The notes under the pieces were generated by a model. That model ran no database searches, had not been told where the DNA came from, and saw nothing but the letters and a program-made list of their open reading frames with translations. The position numbers were made by a program, and so were the translations under genes. A stretch of DNA of 64,000 bases. Origin: Chiloscyllium plagiosum. Lineage: Eukaryota. Shown in pieces: positions 1 to 11,333 of this stretch. The stretch's first letter is position 1; every line of letters starts with the position of its first letter. The DNA lies in assembly GCF_004010195.1 (NCBI RefSeq), contig NC_057720.1, positions 35,204,711 to 35,268,710 of the forward strand, read 5' to 3'.

Positions 1-769
1 CATTATCAGATTTCATCTGAAAAGAAAATTTATTGCAGAGTGCTACATATCACATTTGTGCGAATGAGTTGTTATGTGTAGTTGGCAAGCCACTAGCTTT
101 ATGCTAGTTGTCTGCATATATCACAAGACTGCTTGAATACAGAGGATTTTACTATCTGTAAAATTGCAATTCAAGGTTGATTCCCGTAACTAAATATTTT
201 ACAATTGTGTTCTATTTTCAGAATTGACGCCAATATTAGCCCCTCAGGACTTTGCACATACAGCATTTCATTTAAAGGAAGTATCAGGTAAACCAAAGTA
301 AAATTCAATTCTCTACAACATGATTTAGTAAAGGTGGCACGTTCTCTACTAGTCCAACTGTCTAATGGCTTCATTTTCTTGGCTGTTTATGAACTTGTGA
401 GCATTCAATAAAATTTTGCGACATTGCAAAACTTTGGACTTTAAGTGGACGTTAAGTTTCTCAATGGGTATTCAATGTGCTTTATGAATTTGTGTCATAT
501 TCCTACCTTTTTCTTATAGCCTTGAACATTGGCCCAGACTGTGCATTGGCCAGACAGTAGTTATTCCAGCTTAGATCAACGGTGAGCATAGGAATCCTGC
601 AGAATCCTTATCATAGCGTAATCCAAGGGAATTGTATAGGAGATTGAATTTTCCACTGAACAATTCCTTTAAGCTTGGAAAGACTTTACAGGGTTCCAAT
701 TACATTAAGCTAAATAGTTACTCATGATATGTTAAACTATTAAATGCATAGTTTAGCTCCTGAGTAACC

Positions 770-1320
770 TCTCTCCCCACCTCAGGGACTCAACATCCCC
801 TACAAATGGGACCCAGCACCATTTGCCCTGGGACAGGACACACACTCACCTGCTGCTATCAGACCCTACTCAACTCTCCCACCCCACTTCAGTACCTGCT
901 CTGACATGAACCATCAACACCTTCTCCAGCCCAACCTGACCCAACCCAGCATACCCTAACCACCCTCGACCTGACACCACCTCCCCCCACTTCCTGCCTT
1001 CCCGCTGGATTCAATTTATCTGACTCACCCTGATCTGTTCTAAATACTGCATTATTTACCTTGAACCTTGGCACCTTACCCACTTGGAAACCTACCCCCT
1101 TCCAAATTGGCTTTCCACTTAGCCCCCTCCTCAGTTAACATCCTATCCAGCTAGCAGCCTACAAATCTGACACCCTATCTGACATCCTACTTCTCGCACC
1201 CTGCCCTCTCCACAGCTGGCATCCTTCCCAGCTGGCATCCTACTTGCCTGGCACCCTGCTATCCTGCTATCCCCACAACCCATTTGGCATTCTAATGTCC
1301 AGCACCCTAACAATCACACT
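770..1320. repeat. C-rich low-complexity tract with degenerate short units
   Basis: Recurring CTGGCA(C/T)CCT and CCCAACC words with strong C skew. Confidence 0.5.
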
Positions 1321-2884
1321 TATGTTATGTACTTATGGTTTGACAGCATCCAGTAATCAAACAGATTACTACAATTGAGGTCCTGTTTGTTAATTTTCTA
1401 CCTGGTTGCCTAATCCCTGTTACAGAGACTATGAGGAGAACTTGGATGGTAGGTCATCCCCTTTGAAATCCTAACCTGTTCTCTCACCAAAACCAAATGG
1501 CACCAGTAGGTGGTACCTGAGGCACCCCTCAGCATTAACTCTTTACAACAGCAGATGCGAAAAATGGGATAATCTAAGAAGAAACAACCTTCATGTTATT
1601 GGTTAACATGGGAGGGCAGGTTTCTCTCCATTGGCAAAGTGGATCATTTGGTTTGCAATACTGATCCAGGCCACTCCCAAGCTCCACTGGATAGCTTGAT
1701 AAGTCTATACAGGCTTATGACTCGTCTGCATGCCTTTTTAGGTCTCCATGTTCAACAGAAAAGTTTCTAGCAGTGAGTTTTCTGCCCCTTAGTTCCTAAC
1801 TCATTTTTCCCTCCATACTTATCTTCTAATCTAGAGATTAGTTTATTCAGTGCAAAGAACAAGGTGGGAAAGAGCATCTAAGTAAGAAATTTATAGCTTC
1901 AGTGTGAAGTAAAGAACAAAGATTTTAAAGGTAAGTTGAAAAGGGTGAAACAGGTGAGATTTTCAAAGGACAAGATGCCAGAGGAGGAAATGGAAACAAA
2001 AAGGTGGGATCTGGTAATGAGGATCTCACAATGACTATAATGCCTTGGATGGATCAGGTGATGGAAAATATAGCCAGGTCAGAGACTTCAGACAGGGAAA
2101 GATCATAAACTAAGTTTCAGTCAACACCATGTTGTTAATGCAATCATCCACAATAATGTCAGGGATAGCAAGGGCTTTGTTTAGAAACGAACAGATTCTG
2201 GAGGGAGATTCTGAGAATCAGCCATGGGAGAGATCAGAGGGGTGGACAGGAGGATGGCAAGATTAACCTCCAGCAAACAAGCTGAATGGGAAGGTTGGTG
2301 GGATTGCTGATGGGGCAAGTGGGGCTGTTGTTCATTAGAAGACAGTGATAGGTGCTTGATTGGGCCCTGCAGAGATTGCTAAGACAAACAGAAAACTATT
2401 GGGTGGAGAGTGAATCAAGCCTTAGAGTAGGGGAAGGTAAAATAGCCAAAATGTGAATTAGGTAATAAGGAGAGAAGGGAAAGTAATCAAGAGAGAAGAA
2501 ATTAAAGTCGACCTTGCAGCTGATGAAGGATGAGTGAAAGCTAGAGAAAGTTTCTCTAAGACATGCAGGGATTGATTAGCAGAGCAGAATCTCTACAGCC
2601 AATGCAGTCTGATAAAGCAGCATAATTCTGATGAATGCAAGAGTTTCCAAAACTAAATACTACAGTTAAAACACAGACAAGGAACTGTGAGTACTGAATA
2701 ATAGACAAGAAGTGGCAAGATTAACATCAAGCAGGTGAGCAATCACTCAAAAGTTGAACAGTGGCTTCAACTTAAAATTCGAACTAAAATGCATCCACTG
2801 CTGGAACTAGGACAACTTCAGCTGAAAAAAGAGAAGATTAAGGGAGCCAGAGCAAAGAAAGGCAACTGTTATAACGAGAAGAGG

Positions 2885-3105
2885 AGCAAATTACTGCAGA
2901 TGCTGGACTCTGCACTGAAAACAAAAAATACGGAAATCACGGCAGGTCAGGCAGTATTCATGGAGAAAGATCAAGCGAATGATTTGAGTCTAAATGACTC
3001 TTTATCACAGTTCTGATGAAGAGTGCTCTAGACTGAAAATGGTAGCTTGCTTTCTCTCCATGGATGCTGTCTGACCTGCTGTGATTTTAAGTATTTTGTG
3101 TGCTA
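2885..3105. mobile_element. Penelope-like inverted-repeat remnant with decayed hammerhead core
   Basis: ACTGCAGATGCTGG end motif shared with the 9893 element; imperfect inverted arms (GCAGGTCAGGCAGTATTCATGGAGA / TCTCCATGGATGCTGTCTGACCTGC); CTGATGA at 3013 and GAAA at 3035. Confidence 0.7.
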
Positions 3106-3769
3106 CAATCAGAGCACAGACAATAATTCCCAAGTGATTATGATTTGAGACAAGATCTCCCAAATTGTCAAGCTCCCTAGTGAGGAGGGACGAACTGGTT
3201 CCTCTTCTTTAATCACTTGTTCTCTCTGTTGCTTACAACAATGTAATTTACAAAGGATCTCACCCTTGTGGAAATCCTTCTTGACTGAATTAATTTATGT
3301 TTTAGAAGGTGCCAATTAAACCAGGTTTCCTTGAATTAAAGTGGGTTAATTAGTTATTAAATGCAAGAAAAAAATAGTAACACAACAGACATGCGCACAT
3401 TAGAAATGAGAAATTAGTGGGAAAAAAGAGAAGCATTAAAAGATATATATGGGCCCATCTCTATGGGTCATTAGTGAAGTGTAGATGGTAGAACATTGTT
3501 AGTTGAACAGTCAATTCCAGAATTCTTAGCTTTGCAGGTTATTTGAATTTTTTATGTCCTGGATCCTATTGACAATGGTTGTCTGACAGCACTCAGCTCA
3601 AGAAAGTCCTCACTTTGTCCTGTTTGCTGTTGACCAGCTGACTGGTGAGCTGGATTCTAGCATTCAGAGCAAGAAATTCTCTTATCTGCAACACATGGAT
3701 GAACTAGTGACTGGTCCTTTGACTTGCACTCACACCCTGGTCAATGCACATGAGTACCTCAGCTCAGTC

Positions 3770-3833
3770 GCACACCTATTTCCACAGGCATACCCACACT
3801 AGCACACCTATTTCCACAGGCATACCCACACTA
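3770..3833. repeat. Perfect 32-bp tandem duplication
   Basis: GCACACCTATTTCCACAGGCATACCCACACTA occurs twice in tandem. Confidence 0.95.
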
Positions 3834-4936
3834 GGAGTCTATCAGTTTTTAATCCCTGTTTTTGAAGGGAAAAAGTCAAAATATTTCCCTCACCCAAACT
3901 GTTATCTTTTCTCCCGCCATATTCATAATCTAAGATTATAGCTCAGTTTGCAGTGCATTTCCTCCCTTTGCAGCTTCTTTGACACCTGCAGTTGTGAAAT
4001 TCCAGTTTCTTTCTAGACAGCCATGAACTTACATTTGCAGTCATTTTGACTGAAGTAGTACTCTTTTAAAAAGTTGTTGTTGGAATTTGAAAGGTCGATA
4101 TGTTCTTGGATAATCCAGGATTCTGATCTGTGCTCACTGCCCAATGGATAGAAAATTATTTAACTCCAATTTTTTTGCAAAAATTTATTGTCAAACAACT
4201 AACCTAAAGTTAGTGAGAAACAGAAACGGACATTGAAAGCACTGAAAAATATTTTGAGTGACTATTTATTTTGTCAGAATTGAATCAAACAGGTTGCAGT
4301 GCTATTATCAGTGTTGCTTTGTAAACAATAGGATTACTGATACCAATGATCTGATGATGGTTGCTGACAGTGCATGCTCACTGCCAATTATTTCTGATTG
4401 CATGCATATGCACATGCACAATATTATGCTGATTTTTAAAAATTAAAATACATATATGATTTCATACTTCATTTTATTTTGCTATATGCTCTTCCATTAA
4501 TTTAAAATTATTTTTAGTTATTTGTAGCATATTTGTCACTGTTTTTACAAATATGTTGAGAGATATCACTGCCAATGCACATGCTCCTGCAAGCCCAGCC
4601 TTTTCTTAACATAATTGAGGCATTCAAATATTCAAGAATGATGGACACTTTTCAGGAATAGCACTCTTAAGTGTGCCAAATTTTCCCATGATTTACAGAT
4701 ACGTTCCACACACAAATCATTAACTATCCAGAGTGTATACTCACAATACATTTAAAACATGATATTGTGATAGTTAAGAGCAGCGCTAAGATCACACTGA
4801 AAGGAAGCTATCAGCCCTGAGTAATTGCAATGTGATACACAGGTAAATACAACAATGGTTCGTGTAACATGGAATTCCAGCATGCAATTCTGTCAGCTCC
4901 AAAGCCTAATATGTGCTGAGGGAGGATAGTAATGAC

Positions 4937-6905
4937 ATTTTTTTTAACTTACTTGTGGGTTATGGGCATTGCTGACTGCCCAGCATTTATTGCCCATCCC
5001 TAGTTATAGAACATAGAACATAGAAAAGTACAGCACAGAACAGGCCCTTTGGCCCACGATGTTGTGCCGAGATTTAATCCTAATGTAAAATATCGTAACT
5101 TAACCTACACCCCCCTCAACTCACTGCGATCCATGTGCATGTCCAGCAGTTGCTTAAATGTCCATAATGACTCTGCTTCCACCACCATCAATGGCAACAT
5201 ATTCCATGCATTCACAACTCTCTGCGTAAAGAACCTACCTCTGACGTCTCCTCTATATCTTCCTCCTAATATCTTCAAACTATGACTTCTCATACCAGTC
5301 AATCCTGCCCTGGGGAAAAGTCTCTGGTTATTAACTATCTATTCCTCTCATTATTTTGTACACCTCGATCAGGTCTCCTCTCTTCCTCCTTCTCTCCAGA
5401 GAGAAATGTCTGAGCTTATTCAACCTTTCTTCATAAGGCAAGCCCTCCAGTCCAAGCAGCATCCTGGTAAACCTTCTTTGTACCCTCTCCAAAGCCTCTG
5501 TATCTTTCCTATAGTAGGGCAACCAGAACTGGACACAATATTCCAAGTGTGGTCTCACCAGGGACTTGTAAGCTGCAGCAAAACCTCGTGGCTCTTAAAC
5601 TCGACCCCCCTGCTAATGAAAGCCATAACACCATATACTTTCTTAACAACCCTATCCACCTGAGTGGCAACTTTGAGGGATCTATGTACTTGCACACCCA
5701 AATCCCTCTGTTCCTTCACACTGCCAAGAATCCTGTCTTTAATCCTATATTCAGCATTCGAGTTCGACCTTCCAAAATGCATCACTTCGCATTTATACAG
5801 GTTGAACTCCATCTGCCATTTCTCAGCCCAGCTCTGCATCCTGTCCATGTCACGCTGCAGCATGCAGTAGCCCTCTATACTATCGACGACACCTCCAACC
5901 TTCGTGTCATTTGCAAATTTACTAACCCACCCCTCAACCTCTTCATCCAAGTCATTTATAGAGACTACAAAGAGCAGGGGCCCAAGAATAGAGCCCTGTG
6001 GGACCCCACTCAACACTGACCTCCAGGCAGAATACTTCCCATCTACAACCACTCACTGCCTTCTGTCAGCCAGCCAATTCTGAATCCAGATAGTCAAATC
6101 TCCCTGTATCCCATACTTCCTGACTTTATGAATGAGCCTACTATGGAGAACCCTATCAAATGCCTTGCTGAAGTCCATATACATCACATCCACTGCTCGA
6201 CCATCATCGACCTGTCTTGACACCACCTCAAAGAACTCAATAAGATTTGTGAGGCATGACCTGCCCCTCACAAAGCCATGCTGACTGCCTTTAATCATAC
6301 TATGCTTTGCCAAATAGTCATCAATCCTATCCTTCAGAATTCTTTCCAAAACTTTGCTGACCACAGACGTATGACTGACTGGTCTGTAATTGCCAGGAAT
6401 TTCCCTATTACCCTTCTTGAAAAGAGGAACAACATTCACCTCCTTCCAATCCACCAGTACGACTCCTGTGGAGAGTGAGGAGGCAAATATTCTCACAAGC
6501 AGCTTAGCAACCTTCTTTCTCGCTTCCCGGAGTAGCCTAGGATAAATCTGGTCTGGCCCTGGAGACTTATCAATCTTAATGTTTTCCAAAATTTCTAGCA
6601 CATCAACTTCATCAATCTTGATCTGGTCAAGACAGTATCCCAACTCCTCTAAGTTTTAATTTACAACAAGTTCCCTTTCCTTGTTGAAAACCGAGCAAAA
6701 AACCCATTTAGGGCTTCCCCTTGAGAAGGTGGTGGTGAGCTGTCTTATTGAACTGCTGCAGTCTACCTGCTGTAGGCTGACCCATAATGCCATTAAGGAG
6801 GGAATGCCAGGATTTTGTTCTAGCAACACTGAAGGGATGATGATATATTTCCAACTCAAGATGGTGAATGGCTTGGAGGGGAACTTGCAGGGGGTGGTGT
6901 TCCAA
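4937..6905 (-). mobile_element. 3' end of a CR1/L2-group LINE, split by a CR1 insertion (pieces 4937-5005 and 6717-6905)
   Basis: Tail GCATTTATTGCCCATCCCTAGTT continues as CCCTTGAGAAGGTGGTGG after the insert; peptide WHSLLNG..LQQFNKTAHHHLLKG. Confidence 0.85.
5006..6720 (-). mobile_element. CR1 LINE, 5'-truncated, decayed RT
   Basis: [51 protein letters not shown]; (TTCTATG)n tail. Confidence 0.97.
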
Positions 6906-7250
6906 TTAATTAGAATAAAATTACAGAGTGAAGCTTAAGAAATGTCTTTCCAAACAAATTTGGTCTTCTAATACTAGTTATGTGACTAATATTAAAAATT
7001 TGATTGTTTTTACTACTACAGATCTTTTTGCCATTTTGATGGAATTTGAAATGAGGCATGATGTTACCTCTGGACATGGCGTCCAGAACATAAGGTCAAG
7101 GTCACAGGGTATGCAGAAGACCATGTCAGTCTGAGGTGAAGAGAAAAGTCTTCATTCAGGGGGTGGCGAGTCTGTGGAATTATCCACCACATGAAGGTGT
7201 GGAGACAAAGCCACTGAATAGATTTAAGTAAGAAATAGATTTCTGGAAGC

Positions 7251-7476
7251 CTGTCTGTGTGGAGTTTGCACATTCTCCCTGTGTCTGCGTGGGTTTCCTC
7301 CCACAATCCAAAAATGTGCAGGTTAGGTGAATTGGCCATGCTAAATTGCCCGTAAAGTTAGGTGAATGGGGTAAATGTAGGGGAATGCGTCTGGGTGGGT
7401 TGCTCTTCGGAGGGTTAGTGTGGACTTGTTGGGCCGAAGGGCCTGTTTCCACACTGTAAGTAATCTAATCTAATCT
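7251..7476 (+). mobile_element. HE1-type shark SINE, 5'-truncated
   Basis: GTGGAGTTTGCACATTCTCCC..GCGTGGGTTTCCTCC core, GGGCCGAAGGGCCTGTTTCC end, (TAATC)n tail. Confidence 0.93.
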
Positions 7477-7562
7477 TAAAATGTGAAAACATAAGAGGAG
7501 TGCACAGGAGTTTAGAACTGTCATTGAGAATCAACCACGGTCATGTTGACTGGGAAAGTAAC

Positions 7563-7788
7563 TTGATTTGATTTGTTATTATTACATGTACCCAGGTAAA
7601 GGTACATGTTTTGAATGCAGTATAGGCAGATCATTCCATACAAAATACATTTGGGTAATAGATCAGAGTGAAGCGTACGATGTTGCAACTGCAGAGAAGG
7701 TGCATAGAGAGTGAAATCGATATTAAATTTAAAATTTGAGAGGTCCATTCAGACATTAATAACAGCAGGCAAGATGCTGTTCTTTAAT
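7563..7788 (-). mobile_element. Rex1/Babar LINE 3' end
   Basis: (AAATC)n tail; homologous to the copy at 22100-22474. Confidence 0.75.
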
Positions 7789-7842
7789 CTCTCTTGATGG
7801 CTTATGATAGCCTTACTCCCACCCTATCTTCTTTGTCAGAAC

Positions 7843-8165
7843 TTTTTTTTATTCATTCACATGATAAAGGCGTCGCTGCTGGGCCAGCAGTCATTGTCCA
7901 TCCCTCATTGCCCAGAGGGATTGCTGTGAATCTCAAGGCACATGTAGGCCAGAGCAGGTAAGGACAGCTGATTTCCTTCCCTAAAGGTTGTTTGTGAACC
8001 AGTTGGGGTTTTCCTTACAATTAGTTCTAAAATTTTAACTGCAGATTTTTATTGAATTCAAATTGCACTGTTTGCCATGGTGGAATTTGAACCCAAGTCC
8101 TCAAAACATTAGAAGGTGTTTGAATTAATAGCCTATCAATAATACCCCTTTGCCATTGCCTCCTG
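7843..8165 (-). mobile_element. tRNA-headed SINE with LINE-shared 3' tail
   Basis: Minus strand: GGAGGCAATGGC start, B-box-like GGGTTCAAATTCC, body TTTAGGGAAGGAAA, tail GGGATGGACAATGACTGCTGGCCCAGC..GAATGAATAAAAAAA. Confidence 0.85.
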
Positions 8166-9892
8166 ACTAGATTAATAAGCTGTGAAATATAAAAATGTTG
8201 CACAATGTCCATACAACAGGTGAAATGTGACAAAGCAATATTGAGATGTAACAAAGAGCATTCTAAATATAATGTACTGAAATCTTGAAGTCACCATCCT
8301 TACAATAGCAAGTTAGAACATGTAACATTTCATGCCCTCTCTCTCTTTAGAAATAGACTTTAAGCTATTATCCATGCATTTAGTGCTGCAAATTAAAATG
8401 TAGTCTTACCTCATGTAAAAGCCAAGTTTAACTGTGGCAAATTTACTTAAAATGTATACGGATCCTTGAACTTAAAGACCAACAGTTCTAAAAGAAACTG
8501 AAAATGGTTAAATGGTCTTCAATTGTAAGTATACTAGGGTTACACACTGATGCTTTGGTTTAAGGGAAAGGCAGGGTTGGCGCTAAATTGGTTTTAATGC
8601 ATAGTTGGCAATAGGTTTCATGGAAGTCACTTAACTCCAGACAGCAACAGAAGCTCCTTTGATGTGAATTTATTATAGTCATAAAGATCAAGGATCCTGC
8701 TACAGAGTGAGAGGGAAGATTTCTTATGGAAAAGCTTATTGCAATGTCATGCTTTCTCAAGCCAGGACAGCAAAAAGAGAAAATAAAAGCAGATTGTTCA
8801 AATCTTAAGCATTATTCTTTTTGAGAACAGGATGATCTGAGATTTAAGGTCCACTGTGTGGCTTTGTTTGAGTGCTGTCTATTGAAAGTGGCATTGACAC
8901 ATGGTATAACCACAGATACCGGCACTGATCCTATCAGTTGGAATCAGTAATCACAAGAACAAAGCTTAGGTGTTTTCAATAGTTTCCTATTAATTTTTAC
9001 TATGCAACACATACATTATTTACATTATTTGAACACTGTACCATTCCTACTTCCCTCCCATTCCCTCCCTTTATTTTTTGTCTGCCACTTTTTATTCTTG
9101 TCACCAATTTTTCCACTGGCATTATGGTAGGATATTATTGTTTTTGTCTGGTTTTCTCACCATGTGACTGCAACTAATGTTAAAGTTATGGTCATGTATT
9201 ATCAAATGCACAATGAATAGATAATGTGTAATTGTTTGAAATAAATCACAACTCCTCTCGCTGAGGCTCTTAGCTCTCAAGACATCATGTGGTATGGGCA
9301 TCACTCACTGGGCCAGCATTTATTGCCCACCCTGGTTTCCCTTCAGAAGGTGATGGCAAACTGTCTTCTTGAACTGCTGCAGTCTATTTACTGTAGATAT
9401 GCCCATAATGCCATCAAAGAGAGAGTTCCAAGATTTTGACCCAGTGAACCAAAGAAACAACAATATATTTCCAAGGTAGGATGGTGAATGGCTTGGAGGG
9501 GCATTTGCAGTTGGTGTTCCCATGTATCTACTGCCCGTGTCCTTTTTGATTGGAGTAGTCATGGGTTTGGAAGATGATTTCTCAAAAACTTGGTGAAATT
9601 TCACAATGCATCTTGTATTTAGTACACACTGCTGCTGGTGGGCATCTGTGGTGGAGGAAGTGAATGCTTACAGGTGTGACGCCATCAAGTAGACTGCTTT
9701 GTCCTGGATGACATCAAGCTTCTTGATGTTGTTGGAGTTACACTCTTTCAAGTAAGTTGGAAGTCCTCCATCACACCTCTAACTCATGTTTTGTACATGG
9801 TGGACATGCTTTGGAGATTCAAGATGTGCGTTACACATTGCAGGATTCCTGCCCATGACCTGCTGTTGTAGCTACAGCATTTATATAACTAG

Positions 9893-10087
9893 GTAAAAAC
9901 AATGACTGCAGATGCTGGAAACCAGATTCTGGATCAGTGGTGCTGGAAGAGCACAGCAATTCAGGCAGCATCCGAGGACAGGCAAAATCGATGTTTCGGG
10001 CAAAAGCCCTTCATCCTGATGAAGGGCTTTTGCCCGAAACGTCGATTTTGCCTGTCCTCGGATGCTGCCTGAATTGCTGTGCTCTTC
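9893..10087. mobile_element. Penelope-like fold-back insertion with 15-bp TSD
   Basis: 72-bp inverted arms 9944-10015 and 10018-10089 (1 mismatch); TSD CATTTATATAACTAG at 9878-9892 and 10088-10102. Confidence 0.9.
10013..10046 (+). ncRNA. Minimal hammerhead ribozyme-like motif
   Basis: CTGATGA-A-GGGC-TTTT-GCCC-GAAA-C-GTC: conserved core boxes, 4-bp stem II, palindromic ACGT stem III, GUC cleavage triplet. Confidence 0.7.
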
Positions 10088-11180
10088 CATTTATATAACT
10101 AGTCCAGTTCAGTTTCTGGTCAATGGTAACTTGCAGGATGCTAACATTGAGGAATGATAAGACTGTTGCAAATGTCAAGGTCAATGGTTAGATTCTCTCT
10201 TGGAGATGATCATTGCCTGGCAATGTGTGACAAATGTTACATGCTACTTATCGGCCTAAACCTTGTCATTATCCAGTTATCAGAGGAGTCACAAATGGTG
10301 ATCAACATTGTTCAATCATGTGTGAACATTTCCATGTCTAATCTTATGATGAAAGGGAGGCTATTGATGAAGCAGCAGGGGAACCTGCTGAGGAACCCCT
10401 GCAGAGATGTTCTGGATCTGAGAGAACTAACCTCCAACAATGACAATTTTCTCCCTTTGCACCAGATATGACTCCAAACAGTCGAGAGCTTTCTCCCAAT
10501 TCCCAGTGACTTAAATTTTGCTAGGGCTACTTGATGTCACTCTCAGTCAGATATGACCATAATTACAAGGGCAGACACTTTCACCACACCTTTGGAATTA
10601 TGCTGTCTTGTCAATGTTTGAATCAAATCTATAATGAGATCAAGAGCTGAGAGACCCTGGTTTAACCCAAACCGGGCATAATGTGAGCATCTTATCAATC
10701 AGCAAATGTTGCTTAATTGTGCTATTGATGACACCTTCCATCACTTCACTGATAATTGAGTGTGGGCTGATGGAGAGGTAGTTGGCCTGTTTGGATTTGT
10801 CCTGCTTTTTGTGTACCGGACAAACCTAGGCAATTTTCCACACTGTTGGGTAGATGTCAGCAGTGCAGCTATACTGCAAGAGCATGGCTGGGGGCTCAGA
10901 AAGTTCTAGAGGACATGTCTTTATTACTATTGTCAAAATGTTGTCAGGGCCCATATCCTTTGCAATATCCGGTGCTTCCAGTTACTTCTTGATGTCAAGT
11001 GGAGTGAACCGAATTGCCTGAAGACTGGCATCTATGATGATGGGGACCTCCGTTAGAAGTTACGATGGATAATCCACTTGGTTTAAGATTGATGCAAATG
11101 TTTCATCCTTATCTTTTGCTCTGGTGTGCTTGGCTCTCCATCATTGAGGATGGGGAAGTATGTATTGTCTCCTCCTACTG

Positions 11181-11333
11181 TATAGACTGTATAAGGCCAT
11201 GGTCAGACTATGTTTAGAAAATTGTGAGTAGTTTTGAGCTCGATATCTAAGGAAGGATGTGCTGGCCTTGGAGGAAGTCCAGAGGGGGTTTACAAGAATG
11301 ATCCCGGGATGAAGGACTCAACATGTGAGGAAG
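11181..11333 (+). mobile_element. CR1 internal fragment at the deletion junction of the host LINE
   Basis: LYKAMVRLCLENC and RKDVLALEEVQRGFTRMIP. Confidence 0.85.

Larger units (their letters stand above)
7040..7838 (+). mobile_element. Old CR1 3' end interrupted by HE1 SINE and Rex-Babar fragments
   Basis: TTCATTCAGGGGGTGGCGAGTCTGTGGAATT resembles the CR1 FTQRVV.LWN segment; 3' UTR pieces resume after each insert. Confidence 0.6.

Noticed and set aside
1900..2720. Purine-rich tract, possibly an ancient L2 (also 25200-25690 and 27400-27910)
   Set aside because: Composition is suggestive, but I could not read diagnostic motifs with confidence.
9944..10089. Palindromes as miRNA precursors, DNA-transposon MITEs or terminators
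   Set aside because: One arm overhangs, TSDs are long and variable, hammerhead cores are present and a related element has a GIY-YIG scrap; all fit Penelope-like elements.
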